This document shows positions 51,564 through 62,708 of a DNA stretch of 64,000 nucleotides, one piece after another (position 1 is the stretch's first letter; every line of letters begins with the position of its first letter). Source of the stretch: Bacteroidaceae bacterium (GTDB lineage Bacteria; Bacteroidota; Bacteroidia; Bacteroidales; Bacteroidaceae); assembly GCA_017614895.1 (NCBI GenBank), contig JAGAAZ010000055.1, positions 1,658-65,657 on the forward strand, written 5' to 3'. Both the position numbers and the translations under genes were made by a program. Below the pieces are notes generated by a model. That model was not told the DNA's origin. It saw nothing but the letters and a program-made list of their open reading frames with translations, and did not search any database.

Positions 51564-52955
51564 TCACCCAAACAGTTCCCGTAATGCCTCTTCCACCTTC
51601 CTCACAGGCACAATCTTTATCTTGAACTTTGCTGGGTCAACACCATTCATGTTAGCCTTCGGAATGATGATTTTTCGGAAACCCAGCTTGTCAGCCTCAG
51701 CAATGCGCTGCACGATACGGCTCACTGGTCGCACCTCACCACTCAAGCCCACCTCGCCCGTGAAGCAGATGTCTCTTGGAATGCCTGTATCGACATTGCT
51801 CGACAACACAGCCGCAATCACACTCAAGTCGATGGCAGGATCGGTCACACGAATGCCACCAGCGATATTAAGGAAGACATCTCGCTGTGGCAACTTGAAA
51901 CCCACACGTTTCTCCAGAACAGCCAGGAGCATGTTCAACCGTCGCAAGTCGAAGCCTGTAGCCGAACGCTGTGGGGTGCCGTATGCTGCTGTGCTCACTA
52001 ATGCCTGCGTCTCAATCAACAAGGGACGTACTCCCTCAATCGAACACGCCACAGCCACACCACTCAGTTCCTCACCATCCTTCACGTCGCTCAACAGGAG
52101 TTCTGAAGGATTCTCCACAGGACGCAAGCCATTCTGCACCATCTCGTAGATGCCCAACTCTGCCGTCGAACCAAAGCGGTTCTTGATGGCACGAACAATA
52201 CGGTACATATAGTGCTGGTCACCCTCGAACTGCAACACCGTATCCACCATGTGTTCCAAAATCTTAGGTCCTGCAATCGTTCCCTCCTTATTGATATGGC
52301 CAATCACTATGACGGGTGTGTTCGACTCCTTCGCATATTTCAACAACATCGCTGCACACTCACGAATCTGCGTCACACTGCCAGGTGACGACTCCACCGT
52401 TTCCGTCGCCATTGTCTGAATCGAGTCAATCACCACCAAATCAGGCTCCACCTGCTTGATGTGCTCAAACACAATCTCAATCATCGCCTCACAAACGACG
52501 AGGACATTCGAGGTGTGAGGTGTGAAGTGTGAATCGGGGGTAAGTCTGTCTGCCCTCAGTTTCAATTGTCGTGCACTTTCCTCACCACTTACATACAGCA
52601 CCTTCATCCCCTTCAGCCTCATCACCGTCTGCAGGATGAGCGTCGATTTGCCGATGCCTGGTTCACCTCCCAACAGCGTCATGCTGCCGGGTACCAATCC
52701 ACCACCCAGCACACGATTCAGTTCTCCATCGCCCATATTGATGCGTGGTTCATCCTCCGTCTCGATCTTCGACATCGAGATGGGACTTGACTTCACATCC
52801 AATCTGAACTCCGAAGCCGCAGTTGGTGCCGTCTTCTTCCCCACTCGATACTCCTGAAACGTGTTCCACTCCCCACAAGCAGGACACTTGCCAATCCATT
52901 TTGGACTGTCATAACCACACGAACTGCACACGTATGCTATCTTATCTTTCGCCAT
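51564..52955 (-). CDS. radA: DNA repair protein RadA/Sms
   Basis: 463-aa ORF. Zinc ribbon CSSCGYDSPKWIGKCPACGEW, Walker A GGEPGIGKSTL, KNRFG motif, and a Lon-like C-terminal domain. Confidence 0.92.
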   Translation of the reverse strand: MAKDKIAYVCSSCGYDSPKWIGKCPACGEWNTFQEYRVGKKTAPTAASEFRLDVKSSPISMSKIETEDEPRINMGDGELNRVLGGGLVPGSMTLLGGEPGIGKSTLILQTVMRLKGMKVLYVSGEESARQLKLRADRLTPDSHFTPHTSNVLVVCEAMIEIVFEHIKQVEPDLVVIDSIQTMATETVESSPGSVTQIRECAAMLLKYAKESNTPVIVIGHINKEGTIAGPKILEHMVDTVLQFEGDQHYMYRIVRAIKNRFGSTAELGIYEMVQNGLRPVENPSELLLSDVKDGEELSGVAVACSIEGVRPLLIETQALVSTAAYGTPQRSATGFDLRRLNMLLAVLEKRVGFKLPQRDVFLNIAGGIRVTDPAIDLSVIAAVLSSNVDTGIPRDICFTGEVGLSGEVRPVSRIVQRIAEADKLGFRKIIIPKANMNGVDPAKFKIKIVPVRKVEEALRELFG

Positions 52956-53024
52956 AATCGTTCATTTTGTCGTCAAAGTTACGAAAAACTCCCAAATTCT
53001 CACCCCAAACTCCTAACTTTTTTA

Positions 53025-53032
53025 TAACTTTG
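53025..53032 (+). promoter_or_regulatory. -7 box TAACTTTG for the DUF3943-like gene
   Basis: TAnnTTTG 34 nt upstream of the ATG at 53066. Confidence 0.5.
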
Positions 53033-53065
53033 CACATATTTTGTTACAATTCCCCACTCGTGCAG

Positions 53066-54670
53066 ATGAAATTCAGTCGCATCCATCTCATTCTTTTCTT
53101 CATCGTGTGCAGCCTCAGCCCGTTGCACGCAACTGAGATTATGCAGCCAGACTCTGTTTGGAATGATTCCATCACCCACATCCGCACTCATCTGCAACGA
53201 CCAGACACCCTCACGCCCTACACCTGTGCCCTGCATTTCTTTGGGAAGAAAGCCAATGGTGCACCCAAATTGCCAGGACTTCAGGCACTCATCGAAGACG
53301 TTGGCATCAATGCCCTTGTGCTCAGTTGGGACCACTTCGTCACTGACAGAGAATGGGCACGCATCACCAACGCCACGTTGAAACAAAACATGACGGAAAG
53401 CTGGGTGTGGGACAACGACAGCTTCTCTGGCAACCAATTCGCCCATCCTTTTCACGGAAGCATGTTCTACAATGCGGCACGTGAACACGGGAACTCCTAC
53501 GGCGTCTCCCTCCTCTATCCCGTAGTGGGTTCCCTCACTTGGGAGGTTTTCTGTGAAACCAACCGTCCTGCTATCAACGACCTTCTCTCCACAGGTATCG
53601 GTGGTGCAGCAATGGGTGAGGTGACCCATCGTGTGTCCGACATTTTCTTCGACAACACCAAACGAGGTCCAGAACGTGTCATCCGTGAGGTTGTCGGCAC
53701 CCTTCTCAACCCAGTACGAGGTCTTCATCGCATCATGTCTGGTGAGATGTTCCGTGTCAACCGCTTCAATGCAGGAAAGAAGGAAGAGCCTATGCCTTAC
53801 ACCTTCCAGATGGGGGTAGGAGATCGCTACATCTACGATCGTGAACCCGTTCATCATCACGCAGGTGAGCGTTACTACGAGCACATCCCCTTTCTTGATT
53901 TCCGTTTCAACTACGGCAATCACTTCAACCACCTTGACGAAGACAAAAAGCCTCGTGCCTACGACCAATTCAGTTTTTATGCGCTCGTCAATTTCTCTGA
54001 TGAACACCCCACTGTTGGTGAATTGGACATTCGGGGACGTATTGGTTCCATGCAACGTCAGCTGCCACATGAATGGAAACTCGACCTCGGCTTCTATCAG
54101 AACATCAAATACATTGACCACTACAGCAAAAACTCGAACCAAGCTCCAGGTAACCTCGCCATCATTTCTGAAGCAGCCAGTTTTGGAGCAGGTCTCTATG
54201 TTGAACGGCATGGTCGCAAAACCACCCTCACCCACGATTTCATGCTGTCAGCTGTGCCGCTGGGTGGCAGTTCTGCCGACTATTATCCCTTCCGTCGTTA
54301 TAACTTCGGCACAGGCGCCTCTCTCCGTTACCGTTTCCAGTTTGCCATCAACCGTTATTTCTCTGTAGGTGAAGACTTCTATTTCATGCGCCTCTTCATC
54401 TTGAAGGGCGAAACACCAGAGAAACTCGCCATCTATACAGACAACGAATCCCAATATCAGAGAGAGTTGGAAGACGGTATAGAAGCCTGGGGCGACAAAG
54501 GCGAACACAGCATCTTCCAAAATCGCCTGTATCTCAATCTCCACCTTTACAAGAATCTTCACCTCAACTTCCAACACGAATTTTATCTCCGTCACGGCAA
54601 CTACCGCTACTACCCATCCATCACGGGCAAAAGCCACGAATGGAAGTTAGGTATCAACTACGCGTTGTAA
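53066..54670 (+). CDS. Hypothetical outer-membrane/secreted protein (DUF3943-like)
   Basis: Started at MKFSRIHLILFFIVCSLSPLHA (53066), 34 nt after a TAACTTTG box. WDNDSFSGNQFAHPFHGSMFYNAAR resembles the DUF3943 core as I remember it. Confidence 0.68.
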   Translation: MKFSRIHLILFFIVCSLSPLHATEIMQPDSVWNDSITHIRTHLQRPDTLTPYTCALHFFGKKANGAPKLPGLQALIEDVGINALVLSWDHFVTDREWARITNATLKQNMTESWVWDNDSFSGNQFAHPFHGSMFYNAAREHGNSYGVSLLYPVVGSLTWEVFCETNRPAINDLLSTGIGGAAMGEVTHRVSDIFFDNTKRGPERVIREVVGTLLNPVRGLHRIMSGEMFRVNRFNAGKKEEPMPYTFQMGVGDRYIYDREPVHHHAGERYYEHIPFLDFRFNYGNHFNHLDEDKKPRAYDQFSFYALVNFSDEHPTVGELDIRGRIGSMQRQLPHEWKLDLGFYQNIKYIDHYSKNSNQAPGNLAIISEAASFGAGLYVERHGRKTTLTHDFMLSAVPLGGSSADYYPFRRYNFGTGASLRYRFQFAINRYFSVGEDFYFMRLFILKGETPEKLAIYTDNESQYQRELEDGIEAWGDKGEHSIFQNRLYLNLHLYKNLHLNFQHEFYLRHGNYRYYPSITGKSHEWKLGINYAL

Positions 54671-54680
54671 AAAAAAAGCG

Positions 54681-57023
54681 TTAGAATGGGTAGCCGATAG
54701 CAAAGTGGAAGGCTACTGCATCTTTGAACTTTCGGATGTTGTAATAAGAAGAACGACCTGTGTCGTAAGGAGCATGAATACCTACACCCAAGTCGAGACG
54801 TAGGAGAAGGAAGTCAAGGTCGTAACGGATACCACAACCTGTACCGACTGCGAGAGAATTCAAGAAACCTCCATCGCAAAATTTTCCACCAATAACAGCA
54901 TCTTCTCCATGCATCAACCAGACGTTACCTGCATCGACAAAGAGAGCTCCTTGTATTTCTTGAACGATGGGGAAACGGTATTCGGCATTCAATTCCAGTT
55001 TCATATCACCTGAATGTATGAGGTTGGTGATTCCGTCTGGAGAACGGAAGCGACCAGGACCAAAACTACGCACAGCAAAGGCTCGGACGCTGTTTGCTCC
55101 ACCAATGTAAAAGAGTTCACAGAAAGGAGCACAATCGGAGTTTCCGTATGTCCAAATCGCTCCTAACTGCGCACGTGTGGCAATAGAAGTCTTTTCCGTC
55201 AGGTGGAACGTGTTCTTGAGGGTGAAGAGGAACTTGAGGAACTGGGAATAAGGCGTAAAGAGGAGTTTCTTGTCCTTCTGATAGTAGTCAAAACCAAGGA
55301 ACTGGTTGGTCAGGTTCAAGAAGTTACCCGACTCCTTCACCGTTCCCTCGAAGTGCATAGAATGTGGGATACGGGTGTTCCACACATTATCATAGATGAT
55401 AGAGTACTGAATACTTGGGGTGAAATGGTCTTCCAAAGAGGCATAGAGAGAGGTGTTGCGCCGCATGATAGAGTCAAAACGCTCTGTCGTCTCCTGCATC
55501 TTGTTGTAGGAAACGGTCAGGGGTGACAATTCATGACTCCATGAACGTGAAGTCTGGAATCCGTATGTAGCCTCAGCGATGAAAGACATGATGCGATAAT
55601 AGTTGGCTCGATTCAACTGGTCAGCGCTGATTTTGAACCTTGTCGATGTGGGGTATTTGTAGAATCGCTTGTTGAGCCAAGGGAAAGCAATCCAAGGATA
55701 AGACAAAGAGATGTCTGCTCCCAACTCATACGAGTCCATCCGTTTGGGAGCATCAAATTGTGTACGTGTCTGCCACTCATAACTGCCTTTCAGTCCAACA
55801 GAAAGCGTCTCACCGTGTCGGAAGGCGTTACGTTTGGAGAAGGTGATTCCGAGACTGGGACCTATCTGGGCGTTGGACTTCTGCGTGATGTTGAATCTGG
55901 TTTCCACATCAATCAATTGGTCCATCGTCAGATCAAGACGCACATCAAGCGTATCATTAAGGCTGGTGGTGTCACGAGGGATGAAACTGAACCTGATGTT
56001 GGAGAAAATGTCCATCGAATGAAGGTTGGTCAGCGTTTGGTCAACCTTCGACTGGTCAAAGATGCGACGGTGCCAAAACTTAAAGTTCTTGAAGAGCACA
56101 CGTGGAACAATAGGCATACTTTTTCCTTGATACACCACCTTGATACTACGCTCCATCAAGGAGTCATCGAAGGTGTTCATGGTGCGATTCTGACGGCGCA
56201 GACGCCCTTCCTCACTATGCATATTCTGACGGATGTAGGCACTCACCTTACCAAAGTAGAACTGGCGATTGGCTTTCTCAGGCATATCCAAATCTGGCGC
56301 CACCAGCAGAGTGACACGATAAGGAATGTTGGTGGAATCCGCAAAATAACGCACATATTCTGGGCGATAATAATAGTAGCCGTTGTTACGGAGCGCATTG
56401 ACAATACGCGTTTTCTCCTCAGTCAAGTCAAGTGTGGAGAACTGACTGCCACGACTGATGTATGGTTCTTCCTTCGTCTCACGGATCAAACTGTCCTGCT
56501 CTTCAGGGAAAGCATAACGGATGCTGTCAAAGAGATAAGGCTCACCAAGCGTCACATCATAGGCAATCTTCTTCTGAAACGAACGACGCTGGTCCACCAG
56601 ATGATAATCAACCTTACCCCTAAAGTAGCCATAGTTCTGCAAAAGGTTAGTCGCCACTTTCACACGCGCGTCAGGAGAGACCTGGGTGATGGTGATGGGG
56701 GCAGAAGCGAAGGAGTTGAAAAGCCACTTGTTGAAGCCTGTGCGTTGCTTATCAGCAAGGGCATTGTAAGTCCAAAGCCCTATCTGGAAAGGGGTACGGG
56801 CATAAGAACTACCCAGCAAAGCTCCATTGGGCGCATAGTCAAGGGCTGCCTTCACTTCCACCAAAGCATTCTCCTCAGCCAGTGTGCCTTTCTTGTCCTG
56901 CACCTTCACCTTGTCGATGCCTGTATAGAGGTACTCGCCCTCAGGCAAGTTGGGAGTGACTGAACATCCTGCCAACATGCCCAATACATATAATATAAAT
57001 ATGTGTATGATGACTTTCTTCAT
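54681..57023 (-). CDS. tamA: Omp85-family outer-membrane protein (TamA/BamA-like)
   Basis: 780-aa ORF. Lipoprotein-like start. POTRA-like N-terminal region. C-terminal Omp85 barrel ending FAIGYPF. Start overlaps the TamB stop by 4 nt. Confidence 0.83.
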   Translation of the reverse strand: MKKVIIHIFILYVLGMLAGCSVTPNLPEGEYLYTGIDKVKVQDKKGTLAEENALVEVKAALDYAPNGALLGSSYARTPFQIGLWTYNALADKQRTGFNKWLFNSFASAPITITQVSPDARVKVATNLLQNYGYFRGKVDYHLVDQRRSFQKKIAYDVTLGEPYLFDSIRYAFPEEQDSLIRETKEEPYISRGSQFSTLDLTEEKTRIVNALRNNGYYYYRPEYVRYFADSTNIPYRVTLLVAPDLDMPEKANRQFYFGKVSAYIRQNMHSEEGRLRRQNRTMNTFDDSLMERSIKVVYQGKSMPIVPRVLFKNFKFWHRRIFDQSKVDQTLTNLHSMDIFSNIRFSFIPRDTTSLNDTLDVRLDLTMDQLIDVETRFNITQKSNAQIGPSLGITFSKRNAFRHGETLSVGLKGSYEWQTRTQFDAPKRMDSYELGADISLSYPWIAFPWLNKRFYKYPTSTRFKISADQLNRANYYRIMSFIAEATYGFQTSRSWSHELSPLTVSYNKMQETTERFDSIMRRNTSLYASLEDHFTPSIQYSIIYDNVWNTRIPHSMHFEGTVKESGNFLNLTNQFLGFDYYQKDKKLLFTPYSQFLKFLFTLKNTFHLTEKTSIATRAQLGAIWTYGNSDCAPFCELFYIGGANSVRAFAVRSFGPGRFRSPDGITNLIHSGDMKLELNAEYRFPIVQEIQGALFVDAGNVWLMHGEDAVIGGKFCDGGFLNSLAVGTGCGIRYDLDFLLLRLDLGVGIHAPYDTGRSSYYNIRKFKDAVAFHFAIGYPF

Positions 57024-60000
57024 TGTTCTGCTTGCTTCGTGTCTTCTTGTTCTGTTGCGTCACGTCCGTCATTTTCTTTCTCATTTCTTTCTCGCACTGT
57101 CTCTTCCTTCTTTCGCCAAATGAGCAGGTCGGAGAGCTTGTCCACCTTTTTGCGTAACAAAACACCTGCACCATTCTTGTCAATCTCACCTTCAACGAGG
57201 TTGGAGAAGTCCTTCTCGTGGAAAAGACGGACGTATTGTGTACCACCATTGTCGAGTCGCCATTCGAGGGACACATCATCAATGTAGGCACCTGATTCCC
57301 TGTAAACAGCATTGTTGTTGTCAGAGCTGACTTTACCTCCAATGACCACATTCAAACGATCAGAGAAGAATTTGCGAGAGAACTTGAAGGAGTAGTCTGT
57401 ACGGGTGGAACCATCATTACGCGTCGTCTGTTCCATACCCACATTCACCTCCACCATCGTTGACATTGCCTTGCCTGCAATGTTGTTGATTTCGTTCTGC
57501 AAGAAGGCATTGAGGGCATTTCCTGCCGTGAAGCCCTTGCGGTTGTTGCCAGAGAGATACATACCCGTTGCCAACATACCTATTGCAAGCTTGTTCTTTT
57601 CTTCAGGCGAACAACTTGCCAGTTCATTCTGTACAGAAATATCCTCTGGTGCCTCGATGGTGAACTCAAGTCCCAAGTCATTCAACGTGCTGGAAATCTT
57701 CAGACCTGTGTCGAAAGTGACATTGCGACTGCCTCCGTCGTTATCAGCCACAACGGCTCTCACCCGTTCTGTAGCAGCGATGTTGAGCAAAGGATTGGTG
57801 GGGTCACCTGTAAATTCCACGTATGAGCCTGGTTGAATGACCAGCGTCTTCAACGGAATGACAGGCAGCGTGTATTTCATCTCACCTTCATTGACTGTAT
57901 AACGTCCCTGCATATTGAGCACACCTTCTGGTGTGTAGGTCATGGTGATGGTACCACCACCCTGCACATTGACATAACTCTGCTTGTCAGCTGAGAACTC
58001 ACCCCTAAGTTTGGCACCATCCTCAATGCTGAGGGAGAGATTCATGTCGATACCCGTGAAGGAAGTCTTTGGAATTTCATCACGTGGTGGTGGAGGAGCG
58101 CTGAAATCAACGAAGGTGACAATATCCTCCAAACGGTCAGCCTGATAGAGTGCCGTTTCCGACATGACGTAGGTGATGTTTGTCGTAGGCAGGACACGCA
58201 CCAAACCACGAATGGTCAGGTCCTTCGTGGAACCAATGACACGTGCAAAGAAGTCTCCATACATTTGACCATAAAGCAGCGATTGCTTGACTTGCTGGGC
58301 ATCAATGAGCTTAAAGTTACGTCCATTGAGGGAAAGCGACATGAAGATTTCATCGAAGTCAGAGAAGTCCACATAGCCATTAAGGGTCAACGGATTGCTG
58401 ACATCAGCACCATAGAACTTGAAGGAGTCGAAATCGATGCGACTGTTATTGATGACAATGCTGTCGTTTGCCAATGCAAGATCTATGTTATAAGGAACGG
58501 AAAGGAGATGCACATTCTTAGGCAACAAAGCACCATTGAAGAGAAGGGCGCTCATAGGTCCTGTGATCTTCATACCACCAGCCATAGCTCCCTTGAAACC
58601 CAAGATCTGGTCGGGCATGAACGGAGAGAGCATCTCCATCGGCACATCCAAGAAGGCAAGGTCAGCATCGAGTGCCCCTTCCCCTTCAGCATTGTAGGTG
58701 CCATCCAACTGTAAGACATCCCTATCGTTATAAGCTACGGTCGCATCAATCACGTGACGTGTGTCACCTTGTGGCATATAGGTGAAGCGAGAACCCAAAT
58801 CACCCATCATCATGCCGTCGTAGGCAAAGTTTTCAGCATTCATGACACCCTCCACCATGAAGTTGTCACCCTGATCAATGTAGGTGGCATCCACATTCAG
58901 CATACCATCCATCGTAGGTAATCCAGGCATAGGAACCACGCTCAGCAATTCCCCTATATTGAGGTCGTTGGCAATCACATTGGCGATTTGCTTGCCGATG
59001 TCACTTTCATCAGCATACACAGCCACATAACTGCTGTCCGACAAGCACGTCAATCGCACATCCGCCATGATGGGTCGGTTAGGTCGGGTCGTGATGTAGT
59101 TATCGCTGTTGATGGAGAACTCCCTGAAGGCAATGATAGGCTTCTGGGGATAGAGGCTGTAGTTGACACACGAATCATTCGCCAGACCTCGCACACCCAA
59201 GTCAATGCCCTTGCGGTCTCTCTTGTCGAAGTAAGTCAGATGAGCATCCACTTCATTGGCTTTCAAATAGCCATCCAAATTCGCTCGGAAGGCAGGCATC
59301 AACGGCTGGTCACCACATTTCATACCCACATGGTAGTCAAACTTCGTGGAGTCTTGTGCCAACTCGAAGAAGGCAGTGTCCACCCTCACGCTGTCCTTTC
59401 TGAAAGCATACACGTGTCCATCACCCCTCAATCCAGTGAGTGGCGATGCGTGAATGTCAGCAGCCATCTCATGGAAACGGATGCCATATATCTTCAGGAG
59501 GTCAGACAGAGGATTCTCATTCTTGGCTGTGACATGAAGGGTCATCTCTGGCAAGTAGGACTTAAGCACATCCAGATCCACCTCACGTGCCTTGAACTGC
59601 TTCACAACTTCCTTCTGCAGCTTGTCCACTTTCGGCATCAAGTTGAAGAGGTTGTTGGGCGTGAAGAAGGTGAAGTCGAGGTCACCTGTCTGCAAGGTGG
59701 CTGAGGTCGTATCCTTCAATGCTTCTGCAAAGAGATAGAAAGCATCTGCTTGGATACTGTCAGCACCCATCTTCAAGTGGAACACATCAACATGAGATTC
59801 TACACGGAAAAGCTTGTCCATATTGTAGGAGAACTGCATGTTGCCTGTCGCACTTGCTGTCAAGACATCCTCGCTGAAGCCCATGCTCTGCACATTAGCG
59901 TATGGTAAATGCAAATCCATCACACCCTCCACCAGATTTCGTTTCAGGGTGCCGTCAAAGGTGAGGTCAGTCTTCACCTGGTCATTATCAGCCGTCAAAG

Positions 60001-61627
60001 CCAACTGCAATTGACTTCCCTTCAACGTGGCGTCAGCATTGACGTTGCTGAGGTTGAGCTTGCCCATATAGGCATTCGTCAGGTTGGCTTTGGCATCCAG
60101 CGTGGTAGAGGGCGAGAGGAAATCGAAACCACGTCCGTTGGCTTTCAATTTACCAGACAGAACGGTACGTTCATCCAGCGCCACATAGTTGTTCACCACC
60201 AGATTGGAGAATGTCATATCTGCCCGATAGGCATCTGATGCCATCACATAACCACCATCCAAATCAATGGAGGCACCATAGGCATCTTTCGCTTTCAACT
60301 TGGTTTGCAACGAAAGGTCGTTGGTCACATCCCACAGGGTGGCAGAGCCATCAACAACTGCCTTGCCTGGCACTTTCAGATGCAACTGGCTCACATCAAG
60401 AGCTTGAAGATTGCCGTCTGCCTGTAACTGCACCTCGACTGGGCGTACAGGCAATTCTTGATTGAGCATCGTGCAAACATCCCTCGTGTCAGCACCACCC
60501 ATACGAGTGAAATAGATGATGTCGCCCTTGCCTATCTGCCCTTCGCTGCTCAAAGAGAACGTCTCAGGGTTCTCATCGTCGAAGGCATTCATGTCCATCC
60601 GATAAGCCAGAGAGAGGTCGCTGTCTTCCGTCTTCATGTGGAGTTGTGGAATCGTCAGCGACAGCGAATCCATCTCCACCCTACCCTGCGTCTCCATGAT
60701 GGTCAAGCCCGACTGCTCCTTAGCAGCCAGCTGACGCAGATTCATCGCAAAATCATCGCCCACATACGAGAGCGAATCTATCTTCAAATGGATGTCCTCG
60801 AACAACAAATGATTGGGGTCAAGCTGCTGAGACAGTCGGGGTTCTTTCTGCAAGTCATAGGCGACCTTCGATTCCGTCATCTCGAGCCAATCCACACGAT
60901 AAGCACTCTCCTTCAGGTCAATAAAGGTCTTCGTCTGCATCTCACCCATGTCAGCCACCACCCACGTGCTGTCCGCATTGGGTGTCAGCAGCACCGACAA
61001 CTTCACCTTCTGCAAATTCAGATCGTCCAGCTGCACCCTCCAGTCAATCGTGGTCGTGTCCTCGGGCACAGAATCGTTCAGCAGCACCTGCAAGTCAGCA
61101 TCCCTCAACAGCGCCTTGTTTACCACAGCAAGCCCATTCTTGATGTCCGTACTGTGGGAATCAAGACTCAGTTCAGCCATATTTCCCTTGATCACACACG
61201 CATCAATCATCCCCTTCGTGTTCAACTTAGCATCGTACAGATGAAAACCATCCACCTCTGCCTGCAACTCGAGCAACGGCAAAGGCTTCACGCTGATGTC
61301 CAGTTCCCTGGCAGCCAGCACCGTGTCACCCTCATGAATCGCCAAGATGCCCCCCATCGAGAGATCGAGTGGAAACTTCAGATGAACACTCTCCACCGAC
61401 ACCTCCATTCCCGTCTCCTCACTCAGCATCTCTGCTGCCTTATCCACAGCAAATTTCTGAACAGGAGGTATGTAGAGCAATACGAAAAGTAACAGCAATA
61501 AGAAAATTGGAGTTAGCGCAATTCCCAACAGGACGCGCCAACTCCAACCATAGAGCGTATACTTTCCGTACTTTTTCACATTACAAGTTTGGATTGATCT
61601 TGTTCCATTCAGAGATTGGAGGAACAA
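57020..61627 (-). CDS. tamB: Translocation and assembly module protein TamB (AsmA-like, DUF490 C-terminus)
   Basis: 1535-aa ORF. N-terminal TM anchor WRVLLGIALTPIFLLLLLFVLLYI. Long beta-rich repeat body. The ATG at 61627 overlaps mdh by 47 nt. A GTG at 61579 (VKKYGKY) would remove the overlap. Confidence 0.83.
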   Translation of the reverse strand: MFLQSLNGTRSIQTCNVKKYGKYTLYGWSWRVLLGIALTPIFLLLLLFVLLYIPPVQKFAVDKAAEMLSEETGMEVSVESVHLKFPLDLSMGGILAIHEGDTVLAARELDISVKPLPLLELQAEVDGFHLYDAKLNTKGMIDACVIKGNMAELSLDSHSTDIKNGLAVVNKALLRDADLQVLLNDSVPEDTTTIDWRVQLDDLNLQKVKLSVLLTPNADSTWVVADMGEMQTKTFIDLKESAYRVDWLEMTESKVAYDLQKEPRLSQQLDPNHLLFEDIHLKIDSLSYVGDDFAMNLRQLAAKEQSGLTIMETQGRVEMDSLSLTIPQLHMKTEDSDLSLAYRMDMNAFDDENPETFSLSSEGQIGKGDIIYFTRMGGADTRDVCTMLNQELPVRPVEVQLQADGNLQALDVSQLHLKVPGKAVVDGSATLWDVTNDLSLQTKLKAKDAYGASIDLDGGYVMASDAYRADMTFSNLVVNNYVALDERTVLSGKLKANGRGFDFLSPSTTLDAKANLTNAYMGKLNLSNVNADATLKGSQLQLALTADNDQVKTDLTFDGTLKRNLVEGVMDLHLPYANVQSMGFSEDVLTASATGNMQFSYNMDKLFRVESHVDVFHLKMGADSIQADAFYLFAEALKDTTSATLQTGDLDFTFFTPNNLFNLMPKVDKLQKEVVKQFKAREVDLDVLKSYLPEMTLHVTAKNENPLSDLLKIYGIRFHEMAADIHASPLTGLRGDGHVYAFRKDSVRVDTAFFELAQDSTKFDYHVGMKCGDQPLMPAFRANLDGYLKANEVDAHLTYFDKRDRKGIDLGVRGLANDSCVNYSLYPQKPIIAFREFSINSDNYITTRPNRPIMADVRLTCLSDSSYVAVYADESDIGKQIANVIANDLNIGELLSVVPMPGLPTMDGMLNVDATYIDQGDNFMVEGVMNAENFAYDGMMMGDLGSRFTYMPQGDTRHVIDATVAYNDRDVLQLDGTYNAEGEGALDADLAFLDVPMEMLSPFMPDQILGFKGAMAGGMKITGPMSALLFNGALLPKNVHLLSVPYNIDLALANDSIVINNSRIDFDSFKFYGADVSNPLTLNGYVDFSDFDEIFMSLSLNGRNFKLIDAQQVKQSLLYGQMYGDFFARVIGSTKDLTIRGLVRVLPTTNITYVMSETALYQADRLEDIVTFVDFSAPPPPRDEIPKTSFTGIDMNLSLSIEDGAKLRGEFSADKQSYVNVQGGGTITMTYTPEGVLNMQGRYTVNEGEMKYTLPVIPLKTLVIQPGSYVEFTGDPTNPLLNIAATERVRAVVADNDGGSRNVTFDTGLKISSTLNDLGLEFTIEAPEDISVQNELASCSPEEKNKLAIGMLATGMYLSGNNRKGFTAGNALNAFLQNEINNIAGKAMSTMVEVNVGMEQTTRNDGSTRTDYSFKFSRKFFSDRLNVVIGGKVSSDNNNAVYRESGAYIDDVSLEWRLDNGGTQYVRLFHEKDFSNLVEGEIDKNGAGVLLRKKVDKLSDLLIWRKKEETVRERNEKENDGRDATEQEDTKQAEQ

Positions 61628-62579
61628 TGTTCAGCGTTACGAGCTCGTCACGCATCTTGCAGAGGTGCTCGTAAGAAGCATCCAGCTTCGCCATTTCCTC
61701 AGCAGTACCGGTTGGCATCTTGTAGGTGCAACCATTCGTGTCGAGCGTAGTGTCCATCGCCATCATGATGTGGTTGTACTTTTCGTTGTTCACGTAAGTA
61801 CCAGCTGGCCAACGGAACTTCTCGCCACCCATCACGGAACGAATCATCTCCACAGAGCAGAATGCTGGGCTCTGCCATGAAGAACGTCCACGAAGCTCGA
61901 TGATCTTCGCACCACCCTTCGTCACATCCACCTTCAGCTGCTCCCACTCTTCCTGAGTGCATGCAGGAGTGCCGATCAACTCGTTGAGAGGCTTGCCAGC
62001 CACCTTCACAGCGCTGCCAAACACAGCCATCTGCTCACCATGACCACCGTAAGTGGCGCAACCAGTCACTTCATACTGCTTCACACCAAACTTCTTAGCC
62101 AAAGCTGACTGCAGACGAGTGGAGTCGAGGGCAGCAAGTGTAGTCACCTGACCAGGCTTCAAACCAGAGTACAGCAGCGTCACCAGACCAGTCAAGTCAG
62201 CTGGATTGAAAATCACAGTCACGTGCTTCACGTCTGGGCAATAAGTCTTGATGTTCTGACCCAGCTCCTCGGCAATCTTGCAGTTGCCAGCCAACAGATC
62301 CTCACGGGTCATGCCAGCCTTACGGGGAGCACCACCAGAAGAGATGATGTACTTGGCATCCTTGAACGCCTCAGCCACATCAGTGGTAGCCGTCAGGTTC
62401 ACGCCATCGTAACCGCAATGGAACATTTCTTCCATCACACCCTCCATACCTGGAGCATACACGTCATAAAGACACACATTTGGAGTCAGCTTCATCGTCA
62501 GAGCCAACTGAACCATCGTAGAGCCGATAGCGCCACCAGCACCTACAATCACGAGTTTGTCGTTAGTTAAAAATCCCAT
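61581..62579 (-). CDS. mdh: Malate dehydrogenase (LDH-like, Bacteroidales type)
   Basis: 332-aa ORF. Rossmann motif LVIVGAGGAIGSTM, and SSGGAPRKAGMTREDLL. Closely resembles the Bacteroides Mdh as I remember it. TAACTTTG box at 62619-62626. Confidence 0.88.
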   Translation of the reverse strand: MGFLTNDKLVIVGAGGAIGSTMVQLALTMKLTPNVCLYDVYAPGMEGVMEEMFHCGYDGVNLTATTDVAEAFKDAKYIISSGGAPRKAGMTREDLLAGNCKIAEELGQNIKTYCPDVKHVTVIFNPADLTGLVTLLYSGLKPGQVTTLAALDSTRLQSALAKKFGVKQYEVTGCATYGGHGEQMAVFGSAVKVAGKPLNELIGTPACTQEEWEQLKVDVTKGGAKIIELRGRSSWQSPAFCSVEMIRSVMGGEKFRWPAGTYVNNEKYNHIMMAMDTTLDTNGCTYKMPTGTAEEMAKLDASYEHLCKMRDELVTLNIVPPISEWNKINPNL

Positions 62580-62618
62580 AATACTATTGTTTAATTTAAG
62601 TGTTACTCATTATATGTG

Positions 62619-62626
62619 CAAAGTTA
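62619..62626 (-). promoter_or_regulatory. -7 box TAACTTTG for mdh (and probably tamB/tamA)
   Basis: Plus strand reads caaagtta. 40 nt upstream of the ATG at 62579. Confidence 0.5.
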
Positions 62627-62708
62627 CCTCTTTTCCCGATACTACACAAGAAAAACAAAGTTTTTTCTCAAAAAGCACAAAACTTTTTCATCTGCATCGT
62701 CTGAAACA

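Noticed and set aside
61581-61627. The 47-nt overlap between the tamB start and the mdh 3' end, considered as a sign of mis-assembly or a fused gene.
   Set aside because: An in-frame GTG at 61579, two nt after the mdh stop, gives a non-overlapping start before the TM anchor. Ordinary start-codon ambiguity is the simpler explanation.
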